Shown here: positions 26,358-41,327 of the stretch, piece after piece | Layout: every line of letters starts with the position of its first letter | Position numbering within the stretch: the first letter of the stretch is position 1 | From: Octopus vulgaris | Taxonomy: Eukaryota | Length of the DNA: 64,000 nt | NCBI GenBank assembly: GCA_951406725.2 | Contig: OX597824.1 | Location: 11,904,001-11,968,000, forward strand | Direction: 5' to 3' | The notes under the pieces: model-generated | The model's database searches: none | What the model saw: only the letters and a program-made list of their open reading frames with translations | What the model was told of the DNA's origin: nothing | Position numbers and translations under genes: made by a program

Positions 26358-26771
26358 TGTCTAAAGTCATCTACCATACTTGCTGAAATTATAAGACTTG
26401 CTAATAGAAATTGAAAAAATGTGGCATCTCAAGGCAACTACAGTACCAGTGATTGTAGGATCACTAGGAATGATTGAAAAAAAGGTACTGAAACCTATTT
26501 GAAAATGATACCAGGCTTACCATCCCTACAGGATGTGCAAAAAATCGTGTTAACTGGAACGACTCATGTACTGAGAAGAGCATTATTGCTGTGAAAACAA
26601 CATCCATTCATTTATTTATCTATTAATTTTTTAAATACATATTTTATCTGTGAATTTGCGTGTGTAATCTGGGAATGCATGCAATGAGCTTCTCTGCCCC
26701 TAGGTGTACGGAAAACACTCGGCGAGAAATGAAAGAAAATTTGAAGAAAGAAAGAAAAATAATAATAATAT
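26358..26771 (+). mobile_element. R4/Dong-like LINE 3' end with (TAA)n tail
   Basis: EIEKMWHLKATTVPVIVGSLGMI..VQKIVLTGTTHVLRRALL. The 3' UTR (gagcttctctgcccctaggtgtacggaaaacactcggcgagaaa) is shared with about 42650-42900. Confidence 0.8.
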
Positions 26772-28787
26772 TATGTCAATGAGCTGGCGTTGTCTTTTCT
26801 TCACTACATAACTATTTTTAATTAGATTTTTTATGTTCATTACATTAGATATGGTATCACTGGATAACGATTTCTTGTGTATGACACTCTCTTGCATGAC
26901 AGCACTAACATGTTGGATTGTCAACAGAAGAAATAAAGCAAGACATGCATACACTTGTTTCTCTGAATAATAATGATTTATTGAATGCGCGCATGTGTGT
27001 GTGTGTTTCATGTCACTTTGTCAGTGGTTACATATGTTTCCTTATAAAAAAAATTGAGCGCTTTGTGTTGAAATTTGACAGCGATGTGTAAAAACTTCTG
27101 TGAAATCCCGTTACAAATTACAGTAATAAAAAAAAAAAGAATAAATCATCAAGGGAAATTACTCAGAGACACTATTGATTAGTTCGTTAATATATCGTAA
27201 TAGCTTTATTGTTGTCTGGTTTGTCTGGCTTCTTTTGCATATATCTTTACTATTGCTATTGCAAATGAAAGAAACGATAAGAGAAACTATTACCAATGGT
27301 TCCAAATGTTGGCACAAGGCCAGCAATTTTGAGGATGGGGTAAATCAATTACAGTGACCTCAGTGCTCAACTGGTACTGATTTTATTAATGCAGGAAGGA
27401 TAAAATGTAAAGTTGAACTCAGAACATAAAGGAGGCAAAATTCTAAGCATTTTTGCCTAACATGCTAGTGATTCTGCCAGCCAATTCAATGCCTTAAAGA
27501 AGCCCTTAAATAATAATATTAATAATGACAATAGCAATGATAATAAAAATTCTCTCTACTATAGGCACAAGGCCTGGAATTTAAGGATGGGGAGGGGTTA
27601 GTCAAATATACTGACCCCTAGCATTCAACTGGTTCTAATTTTATCAACGCTGAAAAGATGATAAAATGATAAGGAGTGGCTGTGTGGTAAGTAGCTTGCT
27701 TACGAACCACTTGGTTCTGGGTTCAGTTCCACTGCGTGGCACCTTGGGCAAGTGTCTTCTACTATAGGCTCGGGCCAACCAAAGCCTTGTGAGTGGATTT
27801 GGTAAATGGAAACTGAAAGAAGCCCATCGTATATATGTATATATATATATGTGTGTGTGTATGAGTGTATGTGCTTGTGTGTGTATGAGTGTATGTGCTT
27901 GTGTGTCTGTGTTTGTCACCCCAACATCGCTTGACAACCGATGCTGGTGTGTTTACGACCCCGTAACTTAGTGGTTCGGCAAAATAGACCGATAGAATAA
28001 GTACTAGGCTTACAAAGAATAAGTCCTGGGGTCAATTTACTCAACATGGCCACAGTACAGTCAAATGACAGAAACAAGTCATTTTGTATTTTATAAAGTC
28101 CTGTGGGCCATGGCTGGCCTGAAAAGCCATATCTGCTCACTTGATGGGATGAAAGTAAACCAGAACAATCAGGATGAAAGTGAGATGGCCATCATCTGAC
28201 CAGATGAGGCAATCATCATTATATAAGGATAAAGTGGCAAGCTGGCAGAATTGTTAGTGTCTTTTCTTCTGGCTCTTTCTGTTCTGAGTTCAAACCCTGC
28301 CAAGTGACTCATAAAAAGCACCAACTGATCGTGGCCGTTTGCCTGCCTCGTCTGGCACCTGTGCAGGTGGCACGTAAAAAGCACTCACTACACTCACGGA
28401 GTGGTTGGCCTTAGGAAGGGCATCCAACTGTAGAAACTCTGCCAGATCAGACTGGAGCCTGGTGCTGCCTCCTGGCTTCCCAGACCTCGGTCGAACCGTC
28501 CAACCCATGCTAGCATGGAAAACGGACGTTAAACGATGATGATGATGATGATGAAAGCCTGGTACTTAGTCTATCAGGTTCTTTTGTCAAACCACTTATG
28601 TTACAGGGATATAAACATACCAACACCGGTTTTCAAGTGGTGGGGAGAAACACTTTACCTTTCATCCTTCCAGGATCTTTAAAATAAGGTACCTGTCAAA
28701 TTACTGGGATTAATGACATTGACTATTTCGTTTTTGGATTTGGTTTGCAAGATTCTTTATATGAGTTCGTGTGTGGAAGCATATTCT

Positions 28788-29166
28788 GTTGTGTCTGGGG
28801 AGAGTCATTTTCTTTTTGTGCCTTATAATGTAACACACTCACCGGTAAAATTTCCTCTTATTTCTTATTTTTATTTTCCTAATATTTTCGTTGTGTCTTG
28901 CAACCTTTTCAATAGTGTTACTTTCTAGCCATGCAGTTCTCAAGTTCAATCCCATTGCACAGCACTTTGGGTAAGTGTCTTCTGCTATGACTTTGGGTGT
29001 CTTCTGCTATAATCCCCTGGGCTCACCAAAGTCAAGACTGTTGAAAAGGCTGCAAGACGCAATGAAAATGTTAGCAAAATTAAAATAAGAAATAAGTGGA
29101 AATTTTACCAGTGAGTGTGTTACATAATAAGACACAAAAAGAAAATGACTCTCCCCAGACATAACA
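28788..29166. repeat. Foldback element, about 130-bp arms around a SINE fragment
   Basis: 28788-28916 and 29037-29166 are reverse complements (gtctggggagagtcattttctttttgtg / cacaaaaagaaaatgactctccccagac). Confidence 0.85.
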
Positions 29167-30294
29167 TGATATTGACTAATCTCTCTCTTTAATCTTTTCG
29201 TACTCAGATTACTTTGTCAGTTGTATTACTTATTTATTCACATTGTTTTGAATTATCCATGCATTATCTCATAACTGTGAGATTTCCATGATGTAACTCT
29301 ATTTTAGGAAAGCTATTGTAGGGTAGATGTTAGAAGCTGGACTTGGCTGGTTTAAACATAAAGGAAGATGAATATTAAGGCCAGATACAGCTGGTTTGAA
29401 TGCTAGAGAGTTAAAAAGAAAACTCTGGCTCTGTATCTAAATCAGAAAACATAATTTTATTATTTAAAGCTAATCTGATTAAACACAGTCTCTTGTAAGT
29501 CATTGTGAATGTTATGAGACAGCTTATATTTATCTCAACTTTATTATGTCATACTTTAGTTATTTATGACTGCCACTTAAGACTAAATAACTATCGAGAC
29601 TTTCAATTAGGGTGATGGAAGTGGTGGTGAGGGTTGTTGCTTAAATAGATAAAGGCTGACAAAATGCTCTAGGAGTGGCTGTGTGGTAAGTAGCTTGCTT
29701 ACAAACCACATGGTTCCTGGTTCAGCCCCACTGTGTGGCACCTTGGGCAAGTGTCTTCTACTATAGTCTTGGGCCGACCAAAGCCTTCTGAGTGGATTTA
29801 GTAGATGGAAACTGAAAGAAGCCTGTCGTATATATGTATATATATATATATGTATGTGTGTATATATGTTTGTGTGTCTGTGTTTGTCCCCACCAACATT
29901 GCTTGACAACCAATGCTGGTGTGCTTATGTCCCCGTAACTTAGTGGTTTGGCAAAAGAGACCGATAGAATAAGTACTAGAGGCTTACAAAGAATAAGTCC
30001 TGGGGTCAATTTGCTCGACTAAAAGCGATGCTCCAGCATGGCCACAGTCAAATGACTGAAACAAGTAAAAGAGTAAAAGAGAGAGTCTGACTGTGGACTG
30101 TGGGAGGAAATATATAGAAGAAGAGTTAAGTAGATCAATAGTTGCTGCTTATGGTCCCTCGGTGAGCTGGAATTCACAGCCAGCAGATCCGCTATCATTA
30201 CTTGACACATGTGAGTGAAGCTCATACAAAAAGGGAATTTCTTTATACCCATCATCACCAGCAACATCAACATCATCATCACCAGCACCATCAC

Positions 30295-30347
<53 letters not shown>

Positions 30348-33130
30348 CAACCACCACCACCACCACCATCATCATCATCATTATCATTATCATCATCATC
30401 ATCGCCTATAGTGTCAACATAGTGTCCAAAGAGCCGTGAAGGAGCTTTATAAGGTCGCTCAATGTGCTAGCAATAGCAGTCAAATCTTCCTCATATCGCG
30501 ACCAGTTTATCTTTAAAAAAGAAGACATTGAATAATTTGGTTTATATGTATCTTCTATGTTTCGTTTGTTTTGGTTATAAGACTGTGGCCATGCTGGGGC
30601 ACCACTTTGAAGGGTTTTAGTTGAACAGGTAAACCGCAGCACTTAGATTTTTAAATCTGGTACTTACTCTATTGGTCTTTTTAGCTGAACAACTAAATTA
30701 TGGGAATGTAAATCAACCAACACCGGTTGTCAAGTTGTGTGGGGGAGGATGACAAACAAAGACACAGACACAAACACTGCAGGGAAGCCATCATGTGTGT
30801 GTTTGTGTGTGTGTGTGTGTGTATACTCTTTTACTCTTTTACTTGTTTCAGTCATTTGACTGCGGCCATGCTGGAGCACCGCCTTTAATCGAGCAACTCG
30901 ACCCTGGGACTTATTCTTTGTAAGCCCAGTACTTATTCCATCGGTCTCTTTTGCCGAACCGCTAAGTGACGGGGATGTAAACACACCAGCATCGGTTGTC
31001 AAGCAATGCTAGGGTGACAAACACAAACATACAGGCACACACACATATACATATATACGACGGGCTTCTTTCAGTTTCCGCCTACCAAATCCACTCACAA
31101 GGCTTTGTTCGGCCCGAGGCTATAGTAGAAGGCACTTGCCCAAGGTGCCACGCAGTGGGACTGAACCCGGTACCATGTGGTTGGTAAGCAAACTACTTAC
31201 CACACAGCCACTCCTGTGCCTATACATGCATGTGTACATAAATAAGTACAGGTGTGACTGTGTGGTTGAGAGACCTTCTTCCCAACCATGTGGACCTGGG
31301 TTCAGTTCCACTGTGCAACACCATGGGCAAGTGCCTTCTACTAGAGACCTGGGGCCAACCAAAGCTTTGTGAGAGGATTTGGTAGACAGAAACTGAAAGA
31401 AGTCGGCAAGCTGGTAGAAACGTTAGCAAAGGCCGCGAGCTGGAAGAAAAGTTAGCACGCTGTATTTCCTCTGCTCCCACGTTCTGAGTTCAAATTCCGC
31501 CGAGGTCGACTTTTCCTTTCATCCTTTCGGGGTCTATAAATTAAGTACATGTTACGCACTGGGGTGAATGTAATCGACTTAATCCCTTTGTCTGTCCTTG
31601 TTTGCCCCCTCTATGTTTAGCCCCCTTGTGGGCAATAAAGAAATAAGAAACTGAAAGAAGTATGTTATATATATGTGTGTGTGTGTTTGTGTGTGTGGAG
31701 GGGGGTCTGTGTGCAGTGTGTCTTTCGTCAGCAAGAAAACCAAGGAAGCAAAGCTTCACAAATGAAATCCCTTGAGATGTTTGCTTTGCCACCACTTACA
31801 GATACTCCCTTGACACTCTTAGCACCAGAAATTCAGTGAACCAGTGTTTGACTCATTGAAAACCTGTAACCAGCAACGATGATGCTACCATTCACCATTC
31901 ACCAGTTGCAATATCATTATAAGACTGTATGACTATATCAGACAGACTATCAGATATTGTTATACACCGCTGCTCACAGTACACTTCCTTGCATTATTGT
32001 AGCTTTCAAATGATGCAACCTTGTTGTCAATGTGGGCAGGTCAACATTCCCCATTAACAGAATGCCAGTCTGTAACAAGGGTACCCATTTACAGCTGAGC
32101 AGACTGGGACAGCATGAAATGAAATGTTTTGTTCAAGAATTGAAACCATGATCTTGGGATTGTTAACGCAACACCCTATCCACTTGACCATGCACCTTAG
32201 TAGTTGTGATGTCATTACACCGTGGCCATGCTGGAGCACCACCTTGTAGAGTTTTAGTTGAACAAATCGACGCCTATACTTATTCTTTTTTTTATAAAGC
32301 CCAGTACTTATTTTATCAGGTTCTTTTGTCAAACCACTAGGTTACAGGGATATAAACATACCTATTTCTTTGCTACCCACAAGGGGCTAAACACAGAGAG
32401 GACAAACAAGGACAGACAAACGGATTAAGTCGATTATATCGACCCTAGTGCGTAACTGGTACTTAATTTATCGCCCCCTAAAGGATGAAAGGCAAAGTCG
32501 ACCTCAGTGGAATTTGAATCCAGAACGTAGCGGCAGACAAAATACCGCTAAGTATTTCACCCGGCGTTCTAACGATTCTACCAAGCTTGCCATATAGGGA
32601 TATAAACATACCAACACCGGTTGTCAAGTGGTGGGAGGTGGGGCAAACACATACATAAAGACATATACACACACTCACGCATATACATGACAGGCTTCTT
32701 TCAGTTTCCTTCAACCAAATTCCCTCACAAGGCTTGGTCAGTCCGAGGCTATAGTAGAAGACACTTGCCCAAGGTGCCGCGCAGTGGGACTGAACCCAGA
32801 ACCATGTGGTAGGGAAGTAAACTTCTTACCACGCAGCCACACCAAGAATTCAAGGCCTTTATTCTAAAGTATTTTGAAAAGGGGAACAAAAACCCATAAT
32901 CTATCAGAGAACTTGGAGTTGTTTACAGCCAGAACGAGATCAATTCCGAAACGGCTGCGACTTATTGGATTACAGCTGTAATGGGCGTCTTCTAAATATT
33001 TCTCACCAGCTGGAAGACTTATTTTAATGGGTCACACTTTTTTACAAATGATATATGTACATATATTTTGGTGTATGTCTGTGTGTGTGTGTATCCATAT
33101 AGAGATATATTTAAATACATATCTATTATT

Positions 33131-33168
<38 letters not shown>

Positions 33169-33241
33169 CTCTCCCTCTCGTGCTCTCTCTCTCTCGCACT
33201 CTGTCTCTTTTCCTCTCTCAGTTTGTCTTTAACTGTCTTTT

Positions 33242-33293
<52 letters not shown>

Positions 33294-34867
33294 CCTACCT
33301 ATCTCTCTCTCTCCCTCCCGCTCTCTCTCTCTCTCTATCTATCTCTAGCTATCTATCTGTCTGTCTGTCTGTCTTCCTGTCTATCTATCACTTTATCTGA
33401 CTGTTTGTCTGTCTGTCTGTCTATCTATCACTCTCTCCCTCTCTCTTTCTAGCTATTTGTCTGTTTGTCTATCTATCTATCTCTTGCTCTTGCTCTCTCT
33501 CCCTCTCTCTCTCTCTCTCTCTCCTTAGCTATTTGTCTGTCTATCTATCTCTCTCTTTCTAGCTATTTGTCTGTCTATCTCTCTATTAGACATTATCCAG
33601 TATACTCATCCATAATTAGGACGGTAGATTAATGATTTATCCACTCCTCAATATCCATCGATATCTATACTGATATTCCCATATTTTCCATCAATATCCA
33701 TACAAAAATATAAGGCGGCAAACTGGCAGAAACGTTAGCACTCTGGACAAAATGCTTAGCAATATTTCGTCTGTCTTTACATTCTGAGTTCAAATTCCGC
33801 CAAGGTCAACTTTGCCTTTCATCCTTTCAGGGTCAATAAATTAAGTACCAGTTGCATACTGAGGTCGATCTAATTGGCTGCCCCCCACCCCAAAGTTTCA
33901 GGCCTTGTACCTAGAGTAGAAAAGAATATTTATACTAATATTCCTATTTTAGCATGTCGGTTGTGTAGAAAAAGATGAAGACTGTTTTACCATAATAAAT
34001 AAAATTTATTACAATGAATGGTATAAGCACAGCTTTTACGTGATGTTAGATATCAAATGTCCTTGTGTTTTGGGTCTCTTTGAATGACCAGTAAGAGTTA
34101 CTTAGTCATGAGAGAAGATTGTCAAAGTAACAGAAATGTGTGTGCAGTAGAAAGCATATTTGGTTCACGGCTGGCATTTTCTGTAATGAATTCATATCAG
34201 GCGTTATTGTGCCAACGATGATAAGAAATCGGCTAAACTTATTCTTTTCTTATGCCAGCCTCGTCTGCCCCCCCCCCTGCCGGTGGCACGTAAAAAGCAC
34301 CATCCGATCATGGCCGTTTGCCAGCCTCGCCTGGCACCTGTGCAGGTGGCACGTAAAAAGCACCCACTACACTCACGGAGTGGTTGGCGTTAGGAAGGGC
34401 ACCCAGCTGTAGAAACACTGCCAGATCAGACAGGAGCCTGGTGCAGCCTTCTGGATTCCCAGACCCCAGTTAAACCTTCCAACCCATGCTGGCATGGAAA
34501 ACGGACGTTAAACGATGATGATGATGATGATGATGATGATGAAAGCCTGGTACTTAGTCTATCAGGTTCTTCTGTTAAACCACCAGGTTACAGGGATATA
34601 AACATACCAACACCGGTTGTCAAGTGGTGGGGAGAAACACATACATAAAGACATAGACACACACATACATATACGCGCGTGCATGTGCACATATATGAGA
34701 GTTTGTCTGACGACTCAAGTGTCACACAGCTGAGATCTTCTGGCAATCTTCTCACCTGAAGATCACAGTGTTGTGAACCTGATGGCTAGAGGCAAGCTCT
34801 CGGTTCCAGTTCCAATAAACAAAAAAATATCCTCTATAACATGTACTGAGCACTCCTCAAAACAACA

Positions 34868-34904
<37 letters not shown>

Positions 34905-35036
34905 CAGTGAGAGAGAGAGGGTGAGTAAAGGAGTGATTTGCATATCTCGTATATGTGAAGTGGTTTATGACAGGGCGGACATGAAACCATAATATTTATG
35001 TCCAAAACGCTTGACATACGAATCAGCAAAAACTGG

Positions 35037-35288
35037 TGGTCAGAGAACGTCTGGTCAGAGAACGTCTGGTCAGAGAACGTCTGGTCAGAGAACGTCTGGT
35101 CAGAGAACGTCTGGTCAGAGAACGTCTGGTCAGAGAACGTCTGGTCAGAGAACGTCTGGTCAGAGAACGTCTGGTCAGAGAACGTCTGGTCAGAGAACGT
35201 CTGGTCAGAGAACGTCTGGTCAGAGAACGTCTGGTCAGAGAACGTCTGGTCAGAGAACGTCTGGTCAGAGAACGTCTGGTCAGAGAAC
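35037..35288. repeat. Perfect 15-bp minisatellite (TGGTCAGAGAACGTC), 16.8 copies
   Basis: 16 identical units plus 12 nt, with no variant unit. Confidence 0.97.
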
Positions 35289-35923
35289 AAGCATACACAA
35301 AAGATGATGATGACAGTGGTGGCAATGTTAGTAGTGTTGTTGGTGGTGTCATCATCATCATCATCGTCATGAAGATGATGGTGGTGATGATGATGGAGGA
35401 AGAGGGGGTGGTAGTGGTGGTGGTGGTGGTATCAGTGATGCTGCTACTGTTGATGATGATAACTGTGGTTGAGGTGGAGGTGGAGGTGGTGGCAATGATG
35501 CTGCTGCTGTTGTTGTTGTTGTTGTTGTTAAGCAACAAGATGGGTAAGGGTGATTAAATGATGGTCTAGGGCTTAGGGGTGGGAGACCCCAGACCTTGGG
35601 GAAAAAAAACCACAACTTTGGTCGTCTTGTTGTAGTCGAGGGCTCTTTGTTGACGCCCGACACCACTGGGAGGTGGCCTTTGAAGTCACTGGAAATGGAG
35701 ATCTCCAGGTCCAAATTCTTGGACGGCTGCTGCTGCTGCTGCTGTCGATGATGATGATGATGATGGTGGAGGTGGTGGTGGTGGTGGTGGTGATAGTAAT
35801 GATAAAGATGTGATGGTAGTGTGGTGGTGAAGATGATGATAATGACGATGATGACGATGATGACGACAAAAATAACGATGACAATAATAATGATTATTAA
35901 CGTATTTACCTTTCTCGTTACAG

Positions 35924-36088
35924 CCAATCACACCTGTCTTGACAAGGAAAGACTTGCCAGTTTCCTCGACGTCATCGCCAGCGATCCTCTCTATGCATAT
36001 AATGTTATACAGGGGAACAGCCAAGTGACAAACCGATGGACATTTTCTGGATCTTTCTGTTTTGTGGTAACAACAGTTACAACAATTG
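35924..36088 (+). CDS. K2P (KCNK, TALK/TREK-like) potassium channel: cap plus pore helix 1 exon
   Basis: Acceptor tttctcgttacag|, donor |gtaagt, phase 1/1. Encodes xNHTCLDKERLASFLDVIASDPLYAYNVIQGNSQVTNRWTFSGSFCFVVTTVTTI(G), with the cap Cys and P1 pore helix. Confidence 0.9.
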
Positions 36089-37350
36089 GTAAGTGGTACC
36101 TTTTTCTCAATCATACACACCTGTCTCTTTGTCAGCATACCAGGTACACCTGTGTATTTGCATTTTTATAGTTAAAAAGACTGACAACAATCAGTAAATT
36201 ATACTTCTCATTCATCATCATCATCATTATTGTTTTAACGTCCAATTTTCCATGCTTGCATGGGTTAGGTGGAGTTTTTTGAGGCAGGTTTTCTATGGCT
36301 AGATGCTCTTCCTGTCACTAACCCTCACTTGCTTTCAAGCAAGATATTTCCAATGGCCAGACATGTGTTCCATGGAAGACTAGTTTTTAGCCATCATATT
36401 ATGTCAAAGACTTAGCTGCATACACACACACATGCGCGCACACAATCACACACGCACAAATATATATACATATTAGAAGATCCCTAGCTCCAGTCTCAGC
36501 AGTGAACTTGGAACCTAACGGATGACCAATTATAGCACTTACTGAGCATACCAATTTGTTTAGGTCACCAATGAACTAAACCCCACCATATTCTTTATAT
36601 ATATATATATATATATATCATCATCATCGTTGTTGTTTAAAGGCTGCTTTCCAATCTGGTCTGGCAAAGTTTCTACAGCTGGATGCCCTTCCTAACACCA
36701 ACCACACCAAGAGTGTAGTGGGTGCTTTTTACATGCCACCAGCACAAGAGACAGTCAGGCGGTACTGGTGTCAAACATGCTCGAATGGTGCTTTTTATGT
36801 GCCACCGGCACAGGACCAGTTGGCTGGCACTGGCATCGACCACGCTTGAATGGTGCTTTGCACGTGCCACCGGCATGGGTGCCAATCAGGCGGTACTGTC
36901 ATCAGCCATGACAATGACTTCACTTGCCTCAACAGGTTTTCACAACTGCATTTTATTGCCCAATGATTAAGTGAGCTGGTTATGCTGCACTGGCATAGGC
37001 CACGGTTACAGTCTCACTTGGCTTGCCAGGTCTTCTCAAGCACATCATATCTCCAAAGGTCTCGGTCACTTGTCATCTATATATATCGTTAATCGAATAT
37101 ATTCAATAAGAATACAATATACTGAATTTCTAATAAGTGCTCTTGGTAGGGAAATGTCTTAAACATTAAAGGTATTTAGACATTTAATAAAAGCAATTAT
37201 ATATTATAAAGTAAGAGCAGGAAAATTACATCAAAAATCATCACAGGAGATAAAAGTCCCAAATAATATTGTATCAATAGATAGATGTATAAATATATAA
37301 AGTCTGATTATTTAAAAAGTTTAAAATATCTTACGATCGTTTCATGAATG

Positions 37351-37406
<56 letters not shown>

Positions 37407-37544
37407 ATATCAAATTAGATACAGAACCGAAAGAGTTACTAATAGTTTCATGCTATTATGATACTTGAACAGGCATATTTATAAAATACACCATGTGTGT
37501 GTGTGTGTGTGTGTGTGCTAAAATTGAACAGTGAGAATTAGTGC

Positions 37545-38310
37545 TCAACTTTGCATTTGGGGATAAATATTCTTTATTTGCAGATTAACAAGGAAATCAA
37601 TGGTTTCATTCAAAACGTATCTTTCTTATTATCCAATTGATCCACTTGTGACCATTTATATATATATGAGATGCTTCCAATATTTGGCAAAATATCATCA
37701 ATGTAGGCCTTTACATCACTATGGTAGTGTGGGAAAGCCTCATCTTGCTGGAAATAAAACTCCATATTTTCAAAGTCTGCTTGAACATTTGGCATGGCAG
37801 ATTGTCACAAGTTCAAGTAAATAAGACCAGTCACTGCACCATCAAAAAAAGAATGGTTTAATCAATAATTTTGCCTGCACCATACTGTAACTCTTGGTAA
37901 ATTAATATGATGGCTCCTGCATAATATGCAGGTTTTCACTTCCCCAGTAGGTGCAGTTGTGGTGCTTATCTGAGCCATTTAATTTAAATGTAGCTTCATA
38001 ATTTCATTCCTTTGTTAGCAAGTGTTCGTCTTCTGCAAATCTTGCCAAGTACCACTTGCGAAACTTCACTCTTTGGGCTGGATCATCTTCATTGGAGCAA
38101 AGACTATCCTTAGAAGGTAACTATTCCAATGCCAGTACTTTAAAGATACAGAAGATACTTGATTTTTAAATTCCTATCTCACCACTGGCTTGCCCGACAG
38201 ATTTTCTTCAACTTTGGTAATATGTTTCTAGCACCCTGTAAGGCTTTCTCTTTATAAAAGTTCTGAAAACTATTCACAGTCTTGGATTTTTTATCTCATT
38301 CTGTTAATTC
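37545..38310 (-). mobile_element. Decayed Tc1/mariner-superfamily transposase (rosa/maT-like)
   Basis: Fragments [18 protein letters not shown] and FYFQQDEAFPHY; many frameshifts. Confidence 0.65.
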
Positions 38311-38393
<83 letters not shown>

Positions 38394-38394
38394 A

Positions 38395-38437
<43 letters not shown>

Positions 38438-39688
38438 ATGTATGTGTGTATATATGTATGTATGTATGTATGTATAATACATTAGAAGTGAGCTTGAATC
38501 TTGCTTGTTTGCTTGCAATGTTACCCACCCAAACTGGCACTTAATGGGAAAACTACGAATTAAGTTGCTCCTGAAATGTGAATACAAATGAAGTAAAACA
38601 AGTTTTGCATAAATCGGACAGCTAGTCGAGATATTAGGGGTTTTCAGGATATAAATACCCAAAATGGTGCATAATGGGAAAATTCTCTGAAAATAACTTA
38701 ATCCTGAAAGGGAAGAAACTCTTACCTTTCAATTAGACTCAGTGACTTGGCAACAAAAAATACGATTTGTTTTTTATAGTAAATGTTTATATTTTTGTTT
38801 TTGCTAAACACTATTTTAATCATTTAGAAATATTTAAAACCAAATGTGATTTCAAAAATGTAAGTTGTTTGTACAGAAAGTATTTATATTTTAGCTTTCT
38901 TTAAACAGACAATATTTTAATGTTAATTTAAATTATTTTCAAGTGAATACCATTACAAAATTTTTCTTTTAGCATATTTAAAAAATATTTTAAAGTGAAA
39001 ATAACTTTAAAGATATGGTAAATATTTCATAAAAGTGCATTCAATGTATCTGACCTCCAAAGATTTGGCTGCTATTTCTAGCACACCCTCCTACCACGTA
39101 ACAGCTATTTGTGATAAAGGACCCAAAATACCTATTACGTGGTAGCAGAGCATGCAAGAAATAGCAGCCAAATCTTTCCTTTTCTGGGGAAAGGAACCAT
39201 TTACATATGACTTCAATGTCATATAGAAAATAATCATATACATTTTGCACAGACCTCCATACATACTTCCTCTCCTACATCCTTTCATTCTTATTTATTG
39301 AGTCATTAAACTGAAATTTTCTAGTTTCTAAATTTAGTTTGCTGTGTAATCCAATTCTCATTGCCAAGCTTGAAATCATAGACACCAAGTGAAATACCAA
39401 GTGTCCTACTGTATCATGTTACCTAAAAACCTGTAGACTTTTCTCATAGGGAATTCTATTAAGTCCCACTTTGGCATCACTTCAAATAATTTTTTTTTAT
39501 ATGCATGTGCAGTCTTTTATTCTTGTGTTTCTTTTTTTTTTTTTTTTTTTTTTTTTACTTGTTTCAGTTACTAGACTGCAACCATGCTAGAGCATGGCCT
39601 TGAAGAATTTTAGTTGAACTAGTAGGATTGAACCTGGAACCATGGGGTTGGGAAGAAAACAACTTCTTACCACACAGCCATGCCTGTG

Positions 39689-39728
<40 letters not shown>

Positions 39729-39782
39729 CATATATATATGTGTGTGTATGTGTGTGTATATATGTATATTTATATATATATG

Positions 39783-39832
<50 letters not shown>

Positions 39833-39942
39833 ATGTGTGTGTGTATATATATATACATATGTTTATATATGTGTGTGTATATATATATGTATATATATAT
39901 GTATATATATATATATATGTATATATATGTGTGTATATATGT

Positions 39943-40004
<62 letters not shown>

Positions 40005-41327
40005 TAATCTCAAAAAGATAAGTACTGCAGGTCTTATTGACTAAACCCTTCAAGGCACGCACACACACACACACACACACACGCACATGCACACATACAT
40101 ACATACACACGCACACACACACACACACACACATCAGCACGGACACACACATCTGCACGCACACACACACACACACACATGTACAACAGGGCTTCTTTCA
40201 GTTTCCATCTAGCAAATCCTGCTTTGGTCAGCCTGAGGCTATAAGAGAAGACACTTGTTCAAGGTGCCACACAGTGGCACAGTGGGACATTGCATTATTT
40301 TAACGTCTTAAGGCAGCAAGCTGGCAGAATTGTTAGCACACAGGACAAAATGCTTATTGCTCTTTTGCCTGTCACTACGCTCTGAGTTCAAATTCCGCCG
40401 AGGTGGACTTTGCCTTTCATCCTTTCAGGGTCAATAAATTAAGTACCACTTGCATACTGGGGTCAATGAAATCGACTTACCCCTCCCCCAAATTTCAGGC
40501 CTTAATATTTGATCGAGGTCGATGCCAGTGCCACTGGACTGGCTTCTGTGAAAGTGGCACGTAAAAAACACCCACTACAATCTCAGAGTGGTTGGTGTTA
40601 GGAAGGGCATCTAGCTGTAGAAACAATGCCAGATCAAGATTGGAGCCTGGTGCAGCCATCTGGTTCGCCAGCCCTCAGTCAAATCGTCCAAACCATGCTA
40701 GCATGGAAAGGGGACGTTAAACGATGATGATGATGATGATGGGGAGGAGGATGCCTTTAGCAGAAAGGATCGTTTTAATACTCTTTACTCTTTACTCCCT
40801 TTTACTTGTTTTAGTCATTTGACTGTGGCCATGCTGGAGCACCACTTTTAGTCGAGCAAATCGACCCCAGGACTTATTTTTTGTAAGCCTAGTACTTGTT
40901 CTGTTGGTCTCATTTGCTGAACTGCTAAGTTATGGGGACGTAAACACACCAGCATTGGTTGTCAAGCGATGCTGGGGCAACAAACACAGACACACAAACG
41001 TATACATACACACAAACACACACACACATGTATATATACAAATGGGTTTCTTTTAGTTTCTGTCTACCAAATCCTCTCACAAGGCTTTCGTTGGCCCGAG
41101 GCTATAGTAGAAGACACTTGCCCATGGTGCCACGCAGTGGGACTGAACCCGGAACCGTGTGGCTGGTAAGCAAGCTACTTACCATACAGCCACTCCTGCG
41201 ACAATGTCTTGTTTTATTTATTTTTACTGTTTCTTCTTCACCTTTCCTTCCTTCATCTCAAATACAGAATTGGTTTTTTTTTTCTAATTAATTTAATATT
41301 TCGTCTGTTTTCTTCTTTTCCTTGTAG

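Noticed and set aside
34763-35557. Long ORFs (TFSDQ)n, (WSENV)n, (VRERL)n, and a CRISPR-like look
   Set aside because: These are translations of a perfect 15-bp tandem repeat; there are no spacers, no cas genes and no splice support.
35630-35730. Non-repetitive island reading ..LKSLEMEISRSKFL.. upstream of the cap exon
   Set aside because: No transmembrane segment and no GT donor in the required position.
39628-40303. YI/HT/CV-repeat ORFs (also near 2000, 16800, 38300, 56500, 58570)
   Set aside because: Dinucleotide and tetranucleotide microsatellites that lack stop codons by composition.
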